From: Ignavibacteriota bacterium | GTDB lineage: Bacteria > Bacteroidota > Ignavibacteria > UBA10030 > UBA6906 | Direction: 5' to 3' | DNA: 64,000 nt | NCBI GenBank assembly: GCA_963801355.1 | Contig: CAWDEM010000008.1 | Coordinates: 352,001 to 416,000, forward strand | Shown: piece after piece, positions 38,196 through 48,332 of the stretch | Numbering within the stretch: the stretch's first letter is position 1 | How the letters are laid out: each line of letters starts with the position of its first letter | Notes under the pieces: model-generated | What the model was told of the DNA's origin: nothing | The model's database searches: none | What the model saw: only the letters and a program-made list of their open reading frames with translations | Translations under genes and position numbers: made by a program

Positions 38196-38227
38196 TACAT
38201 ACACACGTATGAACCAAGGATGCATCT

Positions 38228-39226
38228 ATGAGCGGAGCTGAAGAAGGCAAGGGCACTCCGGCCCGGAAGTTGCACGAAGTCCTTGCGCCCGTCTGGCAGC
38301 ACCGCAAAGTCGTGCTCTACGTTGCGTTGGGGATAGCCCTGGTGACGGGGATCGTGAATTTCCTGATCCTCGACCTGACATACAAAGCTACCGCATCGCT
38401 GCTGCCCGAGACAGACAGGAACAAACTGAGCAGCATGAGTCAGTTCTCCGGGCTTGCCCAGCTTGCGGGGATAGCCGTCCCGGGCGCCGAGATTTCACGT
38501 CTCTATCCGACGATCCTGGCCAGCGAGACAGTGCTGCGCCCGGTCATCGAAGCGAGATATGCGACAGAGCGCTATTCCGATTCCGTGGACCTGATCAAAT
38601 ACTTCGACCTCACGAAGAAGACCCGTGAGGAGAATATGGATAAGGCGTTGCGGGAGATCCGTGGATTGATGACCACGACGTACGACAACAAGACGAGCAC
38701 CGTGGTGGTGACGCTGGAGATGGAAGAACCCCAGCTCGCGGCGGATGCACTCAACGGGATCATCGGGCAGCTGGACCTTTTCATGCGTTTGAAGAGAATC
38801 AACACGGCTGCGGAGCAGGCGAAGTGGATAAGCGCAAGGCTCCTGGAGGTGGAGAGGGAGCTCCGGCAGTCCGAGGACGCGCTCAAGAACTTCCGCGAAC
38901 GGAACCGCCGCATACTGGACTCGCCGGCGCTGCTGTTGATCCAGGAACGGTTGATCCGTGAGGTGACCGTGAAGTCCACGATCTACGTGGAACTCAAGAA
39001 GCAATATGAGCTGGCAAAGATCGATGAGATCAAGAATATCACCATGGTGAACGTTCTGGATGCAGCCCGTCCGCCCGTGCGCAAGGAGCATCCGAGGCGG
39101 GCGACGAACACAGTCATCGGCTTTCTGCTGGGTCTCCTCGGGATGTCGGCCTGGTATGCGATGAAACCGGTGTATGAGGGGCGGGTACGGGCATTCATCG
39201 CCGGTGTCAAGGGGAAAGTCGCATGA
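38228..39226 (+). CDS. Polysaccharide chain-length determinant (Wzz/GumC-like)
   Basis: Two terminal TMs; YKATASLLP; coiled coil; VLDAARPP..P. Confidence 0.88.
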   Translation: MSGAEEGKGTPARKLHEVLAPVWQHRKVVLYVALGIALVTGIVNFLILDLTYKATASLLPETDRNKLSSMSQFSGLAQLAGIAVPGAEISRLYPTILASETVLRPVIEARYATERYSDSVDLIKYFDLTKKTREENMDKALREIRGLMTTTYDNKTSTVVVTLEMEEPQLAADALNGIIGQLDLFMRLKRINTAAEQAKWISARLLEVERELRQSEDALKNFRERNRRILDSPALLLIQERLIREVTVKSTIYVELKKQYELAKIDEIKNITMVNVLDAARPPVRKEHPRRATNTVIGFLLGLLGMSAWYAMKPVYEGRVRAFIAGVKGKVA

Positions 39227-39239
39227 CGGGGGAAAAGAA

Positions 39240-39278
39240 AATCGACAATCGTGGATCCACCTTCCACAATTGTCGATT
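39240..39278. terminator. Inverted repeat between convergent wzz-like gene and tRNA-Arg
   Basis: AATCGACAATCGTGGA / TCCACAATTGTCGATT. Confidence 0.6.
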
Positions 39279-39280
39279 GT

Positions 39281-39355
39281 TGGTGCTCCCGGCAGGATTC
39301 GAACCCACACTAAGTGATCCGTAGTCACTCGTGCTATCCATTACACCACGGGAGC
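39281..39355 (-). tRNA. tRNA-Arg(ACG)
   Basis: GCTCCCG acceptor; AGTGA-CTACGGA-TCACT; GGTTCGAATCC; CCA encoded; promoter TTGCAT-17-TATATT upstream. Confidence 0.96.
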
Positions 39356-39494
39356 AATGACTCATAATATACGAACCCTGCATCCGACATGCAAGGAATT
39401 CGTACCGTAATCCTTCCCCTTGCTTCTTCGCGCATCTCTTGTTATCTTCCAGTATTATGTTGTCATGTTGGCATTCGCGGGAGTCTTTTGTCCC

Positions 39495-39567
39495 GGGGCT
39501 GTAGCTCAGTTGGGAGAGCGCCTCGTTCGCAACGAGGAGGTCGTCGGTTCGACCCCGATCAGCTCCA
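39495..39567 (+). tRNA. tRNA-Ala(CGC)
   Basis: GGGGCTG acceptor with G3:U70; CCTCG-TTCGCAA-CGAGG. Confidence 0.96.
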
Positions 39568-39569
39568 CT

Positions 39570-39668
39570 GAGGTCAAGTCCTGTGCAACCGTAAGGTGCT
39601 CAACCCCGCCAGGTCCGGAAGGAAGCAACGGTCGGTACCCCAAGGTGTGACGCAGGGTGCTTGGCCTC
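39570..39668 (+). ncRNA. ffs: Small bacterial SRP RNA (4.5S)
   Basis: Conserved CAGGTCCGGAAGGAAGCA domain-IV motif; terminal stem GAGGTCAAG/CTTGGCCTC. Confidence 0.92.
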
Positions 39669-39949
39669 TTTCTGTTTGCAGGCATTGCAAGATTCAATGA
39701 TATTCCGTAACTTACCCCTTAGGTGTTCAGGTGAAGGATGAGGCGGCGTGCCGCTTCCCATTCTTTCCTGAGGCGGGGGCCACAGTTACCAAATGAAATT
39801 CGTCCCACAGTACGGTTAACGATAGGGGTTTGACGTGATCACAACCGTGTGTCTCTCGTTCCTATTCGAGAGCCTGCTCACTTCGTTCCGGAGCTGTGGG
39901 GATCGCCGGCCACAGAAGCTGGCATTCAGCCTACCATATACAGTTCCAT

Positions 39950-41527
39950 ATGAAGAAAGAGATCATTATCAACGCTGCCGCCAACGAAACCCGCATCGCG
40001 ATTACCGAAGAAGGGCGACTGGCAGAGCTGTTTGTTGAAACCAGCAACAAGGAAAAGATGGTTGGGGACATCTACCTCGGCAAAGTCGCCAAGGTGATGA
40101 GCGGTATCAAGGCAGCATTTATCGATCTGGGTTTGGGGCAGGACGGATTTCTTCACTTCTCCGACATCGGCAACCGGCTTGACGAATACTCGGCAATGAT
40201 CGGTGACGATGACGATGAGGAAGGTGAAGGGAACAACCACGCAGAGACCGCCCCTGCACCCGCCGCGGAATCCCCCGAACACCGCCCGCGTCGTCCTGAA
40301 CGTGAGGTCCACCTCGAAAAGGGGCAGGATATCATCGTTCAGATCATCAAAGAGCCCGTGGGAAAGAAGGGTGTGCGTGTCACCTCCGAAGTCTCCCTCG
40401 CCGGCCGCTTCCTGGTTCTCCTTCCGTTCGACGGCAAAATCGGCATCTCCAAAAAGGTGACCAACTACCGCGAGAAGCGACGCCTCCGCAAGATCGTGCA
40501 GGCCATTCTCCCGGAGGGATTCGGTGTTATTATTCGCACCGTTGCCGAAGGGAAAGAGGAGACCTCACTCAAGAACGACCTCGAGGATCTGATCAAGACA
40601 TGGCGCGAAATCGAGACAAGCGTCAAGAACGAGAAAGCACCGTGTCTTCTGTACAAGGACCTTGCCACGACATCAAGCGTCATCCGTGACCTCTTTTCGA
40701 ACGACGTTTCCCGCGTGGTCATCGACTCACGGAAGCTCCACAAGGAGATCTCCTCCTACATCAAGTACACGTCCCCCCAACTGCTTGACAAGATTGAACT
40801 GCACCGCGACAAGACGCCGGTGTTCGATGCATTTGGCGTGGAGAAAGAGATCGAAACCACGCTCGCCCGAAAGGTGTGGCTCAAGAGCGGCGGGTACATC
40901 ATCATCGATCCCACGGAAGCGATGATGGTGATTGACGTAAATTCTGGACGTTACGCCCCGAAAAAAGAGCAGGAGCAGAACTCCCTCCGCACGGATCTCG
41001 AGGCAGCCCGGGAAATCACAAGGCAGCTGCGCCTGAGGGATATCGGCGGGATCATCGTGTGCGACTTCATCGATCTTGACGAGGAAAAGAACAAAAAGAA
41101 GGTATACGAGGAGTTGAAGAAGGAGTTCCGGAAGGACCGTGCAAAGGTGACTGTCTTGCCGATGACAGAATTCGGCCTTGTGCAGATCACCCGCCAGCGG
41201 ATCCGGCAGAACATCGTGCACAGTTTTACCGAGGCCTGTCCGACCTGCGGCGGCAGCGGACTCGTCCAGTCGAAAACCACCACCTTGAACCAGATCGAAC
41301 GGTGGCTCCGGCGTTTCAAGACCGAGACGCACGAAAAGCGTCTCGTGCTACGCGTCAACCCGAATCTTGCCTCCTCGCTGCGCGAAGGGACTCTCAGCCG
41401 GCTGAAGCGCATCATGCTGAAGTACTTTGTCCTGATCAAGTTGGAGGTGGACGGAACCATTCCGATCGGTGAATTCCGGTTCATCTCCCGTGCACAGAAT
41501 AAAGACGTCACGGAAAACTACAAATAG
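39950..41527 (+). CDS. rng: Ribonuclease E/G family
   Basis: GDIYLGKV..AAFIDLG..GFLH S1 domain; IDVNSG; RLRDIGGIIVCDFID; CPTCGGSG. Confidence 0.92.
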   Translation: MKKEIIINAAANETRIAITEEGRLAELFVETSNKEKMVGDIYLGKVAKVMSGIKAAFIDLGLGQDGFLHFSDIGNRLDEYSAMIGDDDDEEGEGNNHAETAPAPAAESPEHRPRRPEREVHLEKGQDIIVQIIKEPVGKKGVRVTSEVSLAGRFLVLLPFDGKIGISKKVTNYREKRRLRKIVQAILPEGFGVIIRTVAEGKEETSLKNDLEDLIKTWREIETSVKNEKAPCLLYKDLATTSSVIRDLFSNDVSRVVIDSRKLHKEISSYIKYTSPQLLDKIELHRDKTPVFDAFGVEKEIETTLARKVWLKSGGYIIIDPTEAMMVIDVNSGRYAPKKEQEQNSLRTDLEAAREITRQLRLRDIGGIIVCDFIDLDEEKNKKKVYEELKKEFRKDRAKVTVLPMTEFGLVQITRQRIRQNIVHSFTEACPTCGGSGLVQSKTTTLNQIERWLRRFKTETHEKRLVLRVNPNLASSLREGTLSRLKRIMLKYFVLIKLEVDGTIPIGEFRFISRAQNKDVTENYK

Positions 41528-41536
41528 GGTGTGAGC

Positions 41537-42631
41537 ATGGCCATGAAACGCACGGCCTTCTATGACATTCATGTCGGGCTCGGCGGGAAAATCGTGGAGT
41601 TTGCGGGCTTTGAAATGCCCGTGCAGTATTCCGGCATCGTGGAGGAACATCAACGCGTCCGTACACAGGTGGGTATATTTGACGTATCGCATATGGGGGA
41701 AGTGGAAGTGTGGGGAACGGATGCCCTCGCGTACCTTCAGACCATCACCATCAACGATGTGGCCAGACTCTCCCTGGGGCGCGTGCAGTATTCCGCTATG
41801 TGCTATGACAACGGCGGGATTGTGGACGACCTGCTCGTCTACCATATGGGCGACCACTTCATGACGGTCATCAATGCCTCCAACATCGGCAAGGATATTG
41901 CCTGGATGGAAGGGCATCTCAGCGGTGATGTGCGGTTGAAGGATGTCAGCGACGCAACATCGCTGCTCGCGGTACAGGGCCCCCATGCCCGGACCACGCT
42001 GCAAAAAATTGCCGATGTCGATCTCGAACCGCTCGAATATTACCACTGGATGCACGGAAAAGTCGCCGGGCAGCAGATGGTGATCTCCCGGACAGGATAC
42101 ACCGGCGAGCTGGGGTACGAGCTGTATTTCCCGTCCGATCGTGCCACCGGCGAACGCATATGGGGGGCGATTATGGAGGCCGGGAAGGAATTTGGCATTG
42201 GGCCGACGGGCCTCGGGGCACGCGATACGCTGCGGCTCGAAATGGGTTTCTGCCTGTACGGCAATGATATCGATCAGACTACTCATCCTCTCGAGGCAGG
42301 TCTGGGGTGGATTACCAAACTTGACAAAGGTGCGTTCAACGGACGCGATGTGCTGATGGATGCAAAGCGGGACGGATTGAAGAGGAGGCTGGTGGGGTTC
42401 ACTCTGATGGAGAAGGCATTTCCGCGTCACGGATATCCCATCAGCGCCGACGGGCGCGAAGTCGGTGTGGTAACCTCAGGTACCTACTCTCCGACCCTGG
42501 AAAAAGGGATCGGGATGGGGTACGTGCCGGTTGCTCTGGCCAGGCCCGGGACTCCCATCCAGATCATGATCAGAAACAAACCTGTTCCGGCGATGGTCGT
42601 GACTATTCCGTTCCTCAAGAGGCCGGCATGA
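41537..42631 (+). CDS. gcvT: Glycine cleavage system aminomethyltransferase T
   Basis: FAGFEMPVQY, FDVSHMGE, SRTGYTGE, GLGARDTLRLE. Confidence 0.96.
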   Translation: MAMKRTAFYDIHVGLGGKIVEFAGFEMPVQYSGIVEEHQRVRTQVGIFDVSHMGEVEVWGTDALAYLQTITINDVARLSLGRVQYSAMCYDNGGIVDDLLVYHMGDHFMTVINASNIGKDIAWMEGHLSGDVRLKDVSDATSLLAVQGPHARTTLQKIADVDLEPLEYYHWMHGKVAGQQMVISRTGYTGELGYELYFPSDRATGERIWGAIMEAGKEFGIGPTGLGARDTLRLEMGFCLYGNDIDQTTHPLEAGLGWITKLDKGAFNGRDVLMDAKRDGLKRRLVGFTLMEKAFPRHGYPISADGREVGVVTSGTYSPTLEKGIGMGYVPVALARPGTPIQIMIRNKPVPAMVVTIPFLKRPA

Positions 42632-43398
42632 TACCGATCCGCACATATCTCACGCCGTACCAGGTTGACGAAATGGCGCTGCGGGGGAAGACCGTTGCGG
42701 TGATCGACGTGCTCCGGGCGAGCACGACGGTGATCGCCGCTCTGAGCAACGGCGCGCGGGAAGTGATTCCCACGCCTACGGTGGAAGCGGCTGCGAAAAT
42801 CGCAGGTCATCTGGCGGGCGATGTGACCATCCGCGGTGGAGAACGCAACGGCAAAATCATCGAAGGCTTCTCTCTCGGCAATTCACCGCTGGAGTATACG
42901 GGTGAGCGGGTGCGCGACAAGTCGATTGTTTACAGCACAACCAACGGCTCCTCGCTCATTCTGAGGGCAAAATATGGATTGCACACGCTGGTATGCGGCT
43001 TTGTCAATATCAACGCCGTGGCCGGTTTCGTCAGAGCCAATGCATCCGAAGTGGAGATCCTCTGTGCCGGCAACGCCGGCGGGTTTGCATTGGAGGATGC
43101 CGTGTGCGCGGGGATGCTTGTGCACCTGCTCAGGGGTGGAGAGGACGAACAGGTTCCCATGAGCGATGCGACCCTCGCTGCGCATTCCCTGTACCGCGTG
43201 TATTCCAAGAACATTCTCCGTATGCTGCGTCAATGTGAACACGGGAAGTTCCTGGATGGCCTTGGCTTTGCGGATGATCTGGTGTACTGTGCCGGCGTGG
43301 ACACGGTCCCTGTGCTGCCCTTCCTTGATGATAACATGCTCCGACTGCGGAAGGTCAACGATCGCCGCGAAACAGTCGCTGCACCGGCAACAGTGTGA
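42628..43398 (+). CDS. comB: 2-phosphosulfolactate phosphatase family
   Basis: VIDVLRASTT, GGERNG, GNSP, TTNG, EDAVCAG. Confidence 0.88.
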   Translation: MIPIRTYLTPYQVDEMALRGKTVAVIDVLRASTTVIAALSNGAREVIPTPTVEAAAKIAGHLAGDVTIRGGERNGKIIEGFSLGNSPLEYTGERVRDKSIVYSTTNGSSLILRAKYGLHTLVCGFVNINAVAGFVRANASEVEILCAGNAGGFALEDAVCAGMLVHLLRGGEDEQVPMSDATLAAHSLYRVYSKNILRMLRQCEHGKFLDGLGFADDLVYCAGVDTVPVLPFLDDNMLRLRKVNDRRETVAAPATV

Positions 43399-43413
43399 GT
43401 GGAGCGGTACCCC

Positions 43414-45894
43414 ATGGCAACTCAGAATCGATCGAAAAACGGCGGCACCTCCTCCAGGCGGGAAGCACGCAAAACATCCGCGCCCCGCAAACACATCATC
43501 ATTGCGGTCCTGTTGATCGCTTGTGCTGCACTCACCTTGATCTCCCTCGTGACGTATGACCCGGCCGATGAAGCGAATGCTGATGTCCGGATCGGGCATC
43601 TCTGGGGTGCACTGCGCGGCGATCCCGCGGCCCGTACTCTCTGGGACACGACGCACAACGGTCTGGGCCTCGTGGGGGTGATCATCTCCGATTTCCTGAT
43701 CCGTTCCACCGTCGGATATAGTGTGCTTGTCCTCCCGTTGCTCCTCCTGATGTGGGGGTGGACAATATTGCGGAAGGGAGACTTTAGCCGCGCGGTCATG
43801 TTTACGAACTATGCGCTCCTCTGGATGATACTGCTCTCCACGGCTTTCGGCATGCTGCGCAGAATACTGCCCGAAACAGGCCCGTCGCTTGTCTGGAGCG
43901 GGGCAGTCGGGGAATTTTTCTCCACCATCCTGGCCCATCTGCTGGGCCGTGCGGGAGGCAGCATCATCCTGATCGTCGCGATGTTCATAACCGTCATCGT
44001 GAGTGCTGATTTGGATGTGCGCTCGATGGTGGAGCGGATTCATACCGGTTGGCTCAAGCTGCTGGACATGATCAGCCGGTGGCGTGATTCGAGAGCCGAG
44101 TTGAGGGAACAACGGAAACTGCAGGAGAAAGAGGATGGCGACGCGAAAGGACTTCCCGTCCGCACGCGCGACAGGAAGGATGACGATCAGGAAGAAGAAC
44201 CACAACCTGTCCGTCGTGCCCCGGTGCGCATCACGCGTGCGGCGGAAGCGGAGCCTGCAATTGATGGTGACAACAGCACCCCGGCAAAGACCGCCATTAC
44301 CCGCACATTGAATTTCACAAAGAACAAGGCGGATGCGGACAACGAAGGCGGGCCGGAGGATGAGGGTTCCGAAACGCCGCCAGGGCCGGCGAGTCCCACC
44401 CAGCAGGAGGAGATTTCTTACCGGTTCCCGACAATCGATCTGCTGGATGCGCCGAAGCCCGGGAAGGAGGACGTCGATGAGGCGGAACTCCAGGCGAATG
44501 CGGAGCTTTTGCGGGAAACCTTGCTACAATTCGACGTCGAAGTAGAAAGTGTCAGTGTCACCCCGGGTCCGGTGGTGACCCTGTATGAACTCGTTCCCGC
44601 GGTGGGGGTAAAAATCAGCCAAATCGTGAGTCTGGAAAACGACATCGCCCTCAAGCTGGCTGCCCGCGGGATCCGGATCATGGCGCCGATACCCGGAAAA
44701 TCCGCGGTGGGCGTGGAGATTCCCAACTCGCATCGCTCGATTGTGACGATCCGGAGCATCTTGAATTCCGGTGTTTTCCGGGATTCCCAGGCAAACCTCC
44801 CCCTTGCCCTGGGGAAGACCATTGCAGGCGAGGTATTCACCGACGATCTGGGCCGGATGCCGCACATTCTCATGGCAGGATCGACGGGATCCGGAAAGAG
44901 CGTGGGTATCAATACCATGCTCGCGAGTCTGTTGTTCAGGATGCACCCTTCGGAATTGAAGATCATGATTATCGATCCGAAGAAGATTGAGCTCGCCCAG
45001 TACGCGAAGCTCAAGAGTCACTTCCTGGCAAAGTCGCCCGATATCGACGAAGACATTTTCACGACTCCCAACAATGCCGTCCTCGCTTTGAAAGGTGCGG
45101 AGCTTGAGATGGAGCGACGGTACGATTTGCTCTCCAAGGGAGCCGTCCGGAATATCCAGGACTACAATGCGAAACTTGCAGCCGGCGAGCTGAAAGACTC
45201 CGAAGAAGTCAGGCATGTGAAGATGCCGTACCTGGTGGTGGTGATTGACGAGCTTGCGGACCTGATGATCACGGCCGCCAGGGAGGTCGAAGAGCCAATC
45301 ACGCGTCTTGCACAGCTGGCCCGTGCAGTTGGTATACACCTTATCGTTGCCACGCAGCGGCCTTCCGTTGACGTCATTACCGGCGTCATCAAGGCAAATT
45401 TTCCCGCACGAATCGCCTATCAGGTGGCATCGAAAACCGATTCGCGGACTATACTCGACATGAACGGAGCCGAGCAATTGCTGGGGAACGGCGACATGTT
45501 GTATCTTGCCGCCGGCAGCCCCAAGCCGGTCCGGCTGCAGAATGCCTTGATTACTCCGCGTGAGGTGGATGCCCTGGTTGACCATATCGGGAACCAGCTG
45601 GGGTATGCGCAACCCTTCCTGCTTCCTTCGGCACTCGAAAAGCGGCGGACATCGGAGCAGAGTGCCGAAGGCGGACGCGATGTGCTCTTTGAGGAAGCGG
45701 CCCATGTCATCGTGCGGTACAAGCAGGGTTCGGTTTCACTTCTCCAGCGGCGGCTGAAGATCGGGTATTCACGCGCTGCGCGGCTGGTTGATGAACTGGA
45801 GGCAGCAGGTATCGTCGGACCCTCTGACGGGAGCAAGGCACGCGAAGTACTGGTGGACTCGGAATCACTGCTTGATGATCTTTTGCAGGGGTAA
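43414..45894 (+). CDS. ftsK: DNA translocase FtsK
   Basis: N-terminal TMs; MPHILMAGSTGSGKSV, IDELADLM, ATQRPSVDV, LQRRLKIGYSRAAR. Confidence 0.96.
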   Translation: MATQNRSKNGGTSSRREARKTSAPRKHIIIAVLLIACAALTLISLVTYDPADEANADVRIGHLWGALRGDPAARTLWDTTHNGLGLVGVIISDFLIRSTVGYSVLVLPLLLLMWGWTILRKGDFSRAVMFTNYALLWMILLSTAFGMLRRILPETGPSLVWSGAVGEFFSTILAHLLGRAGGSIILIVAMFITVIVSADLDVRSMVERIHTGWLKLLDMISRWRDSRAELREQRKLQEKEDGDAKGLPVRTRDRKDDDQEEEPQPVRRAPVRITRAAEAEPAIDGDNSTPAKTAITRTLNFTKNKADADNEGGPEDEGSETPPGPASPTQQEEISYRFPTIDLLDAPKPGKEDVDEAELQANAELLRETLLQFDVEVESVSVTPGPVVTLYELVPAVGVKISQIVSLENDIALKLAARGIRIMAPIPGKSAVGVEIPNSHRSIVTIRSILNSGVFRDSQANLPLALGKTIAGEVFTDDLGRMPHILMAGSTGSGKSVGINTMLASLLFRMHPSELKIMIIDPKKIELAQYAKLKSHFLAKSPDIDEDIFTTPNNAVLALKGAELEMERRYDLLSKGAVRNIQDYNAKLAAGELKDSEEVRHVKMPYLVVVIDELADLMITAAREVEEPITRLAQLARAVGIHLIVATQRPSVDVITGVIKANFPARIAYQVASKTDSRTILDMNGAEQLLGNGDMLYLAAGSPKPVRLQNALITPREVDALVDHIGNQLGYAQPFLLPSALEKRRTSEQSAEGGRDVLFEEAAHVIVRYKQGSVSLLQRRLKIGYSRAARLVDELEAAGIVGPSDGSKAREVLVDSESLLDDLLQG

Positions 45895-45902
45895 GGAAGG
45901 AG

Positions 45903-46556
45903 ATGGCGGGTTTCATGAAGAAATGCATCGTGGTCCTCGGTCTGGCACTGGTCGCGGCATCCGTCGTTGCCTTCGCGGGCGATTCTGCGGTAGAAGTGCT
46001 TGCGCGCGTACACAAGAACTATGAAGAAATGGACGACGCAGAAGTGCGTTTCTCGCAAAAGGTGAAATTCGCGAGATCGAAGGTCGAACAGGAAATCACC
46101 GGTGTCCTGCAATTCAAGAAGGAACACAGGTACCGCATTGAGTTCGAGGGCCAGCTTGTGGTCACGGACGGCGAGACCGTCTGGTCGTACTCCGAACAGA
46201 ACAACCAGGTTCTCATCGACCGGTTCCGCCTGGACGAGCGGTCACTGTCGCCCGAGAGGATACTCACCGCCGCACCGGAGGACTTTGAGGCGATATTGAC
46301 CAACCGTGAAAAGGGATCGCAGGGAGATGTGTTCGTGTTGAAACTCACCCCCCGCGATCCGTCCTCACTCATGAAGACGATGAAACTCTGGGTACACGCT
46401 TCCGACTGGCTTATTCACCGGGTGGAGATCCTGGACCAGCACGGCAAGGAGACAACGTACCTGGTCAGCTCGTTCAAGATGAACACCGGCATCCCGGCCT
46501 CCCGTTTTCTGTACCAGGTCCCGGCCGGCGTCGAAGTTGTCGATCTTCGCGACTAA
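45903..46556 (+). CDS. lolA: Outer-membrane lipoprotein carrier LolA family
   Basis: Follows ftsK; FSQ..G..YRIE..VVTDGETVWSY..QV; F.Y..PAGVEVVD. Confidence 0.85.
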   Translation: MAGFMKKCIVVLGLALVAASVVAFAGDSAVEVLARVHKNYEEMDDAEVRFSQKVKFARSKVEQEITGVLQFKKEHRYRIEFEGQLVVTDGETVWSYSEQNNQVLIDRFRLDERSLSPERILTAAPEDFEAILTNREKGSQGDVFVLKLTPRDPSSLMKTMKLWVHASDWLIHRVEILDQHGKETTYLVSSFKMNTGIPASRFLYQVPAGVEVVDLRD

Positions 46557-46563
46557 TCACCCC

Positions 46564-47580
46564 ATGCCTAGACTCCGTTCCATTCTGCGCTACGGCGTCA
46601 GTGCGATCATCACGGTACTGTTCCTGTATATTGCATTTCGCGGCACGGATTTCGGGAAACTCTACAAGTCCATGTCGCAGGCGAACTACTGGTGGATGCT
46701 GCCGAACTTCGCGTGTCTGATGCTGAGCCACTACCTGAGGGCATGGCGGTGGCGGTACATGCTCGAGCCCGTGAAGGCCAATCTGTCGATGCGCAATCTG
46801 TTTTCGGGTGTGATGGTCGGATACATGATGAACAACATCCTTCCGCGGGCAGGCGAGCTTGTCAGGCCATACACGATCGGCAAGCTGGAAGGCATACCGA
46901 AAAGCGCAGCGCTCGGCACCATCGTGGTGGAGCGCATCATCGATATGGTCTCATTCCTGGTACTGGTGGCCCTTATACCGGTGGTCTATCATGGGCCGCT
47001 CGCGGAATCATTCCCCTGGCTGGCCAACACCGGCATCCTGGTTTCCGCGTTCACCATCGTTTTTCTCGGGGTCTTCATCGCCCTCGCGATGCGAAGGGAT
47101 TGGGCGGACGTGCTCATCCGTCTGGTAGGGAAGATCCTACCGCTTCGCGTTCGCGAACGGCTGGAAGGGTGGGTGCATGCATTCCTCGACGGATTCATGT
47201 TTCTGAGCCGCCCGGGCCGGTTCATCATTATTACGGTCCTCAGCTGTCTGATCTGGCTGCTGTACGTGCTCATGGTGTACTTCGCTTTTTTTGCGTTCGA
47301 TATTCAGCATCTGGGATTTGCCGGCGCGCTCGTTGTGCAGGCGATTTCCAGCATCGGTGTCGCCTTGCCGACACCGGGCGCAACGGGAACGTACCATGCG
47401 TTCACCTCGCAGACCCTCATGCGTCTGTACGGTGTCGATGCGACTCTCTCGCTGAGCTACGCGACGATCACACATGCCGTGGGTTTTGTCGGAGTCACAG
47501 TCATCGGACTCTACTACTTCCTTCGCGACAACATCAGGGTTCGCGAGGCGGTGGGCAATGAACCCCGGGAGCGGAAGTGA
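46564..47580 (+). CDS. Lysylphosphatidylglycerol synthase TM / flippase-like membrane protein
   Basis: LRAWRW, NNILPRAGELVR, IVVERIID, PTPGATG. Confidence 0.85.
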   Translation: MPRLRSILRYGVSAIITVLFLYIAFRGTDFGKLYKSMSQANYWWMLPNFACLMLSHYLRAWRWRYMLEPVKANLSMRNLFSGVMVGYMMNNILPRAGELVRPYTIGKLEGIPKSAALGTIVVERIIDMVSFLVLVALIPVVYHGPLAESFPWLANTGILVSAFTIVFLGVFIALAMRRDWADVLIRLVGKILPLRVRERLEGWVHAFLDGFMFLSRPGRFIIITVLSCLIWLLYVLMVYFAFFAFDIQHLGFAGALVVQAISSIGVALPTPGATGTYHAFTSQTLMRLYGVDATLSLSYATITHAVGFVGVTVIGLYYFLRDNIRVREAVGNEPRERK

Positions 47581-48275
47581 TGCATTCCTTCCGCTGCACA
47601 CTCCTGCTGGCGATCCTTGTGGTTCCGTATGCCCTCGCGGGCACGCCGGAGACGCCGGCTACGGTTGAGCGCATGCGGCCGGGCATCGCCGCCGGCATGG
47701 GGGTGGAGTATCTCAGCCCCAGGGATGTCGTCGATATGATCAATGGAGCATTCCGTCCGACGACACGTGTGCCGGAATTCCACGCCGGGGTGAACTTCTT
47801 CGGCGCGGGATTCGTTCCTCTTTCGAGCGACTGGATGCTGAAGATCGAGTACGCGTATTTGCTCAACACGTACAACATCATCTACAATATTGCCGGGGCG
47901 TACGGCCCGGGCGAATTTACGATGAAGGTGCACATGCCGTCGCTCATTCTGCACCGCATGCTTGTGGACGAAGGGTTGTACAACGTCAGTGCCGGCCTGG
48001 GTCTGGGCTACCATTTCGGGGAGCTGTATGTGAACAACAGCAGTTTGATGGATTCCTATACTGCAGCAGGTGCAGGCGGGGTGCTGGAGCTGCAAGGAAA
48101 CACCGCAATGAGCGAAGACCTGTTTGTGCATCTGGGAGTGCAGGCAAGATGGGAATTCATTGGCGAGCTCCGCAACGCGGTCGACAAGTCCCCGGGAATC
48201 AACGCACAGGGTGATCCGGCACGGATGGGCTGGTTCAGCGTCGGGGCGAGGATCGGCATGAGCTACTATTTGTGA
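47580..48275 (+). CDS. Hypothetical outer-membrane beta-barrel protein
   Basis: Signal peptide; alternating beta pattern; ends GMSYYL. Confidence 0.65.
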   Translation: MHSFRCTLLLAILVVPYALAGTPETPATVERMRPGIAAGMGVEYLSPRDVVDMINGAFRPTTRVPEFHAGVNFFGAGFVPLSSDWMLKIEYAYLLNTYNIIYNIAGAYGPGEFTMKVHMPSLILHRMLVDEGLYNVSAGLGLGYHFGELYVNNSSLMDSYTAAGAGGVLELQGNTAMSEDLFVHLGVQARWEFIGELRNAVDKSPGINAQGDPARMGWFSVGARIGMSYYL

Positions 48276-48332
48276 CGCTGTGTGTGATCGAGATTCTGGA
48301 ATAGCTGATACATTCATAACTCAGGAGTACCG

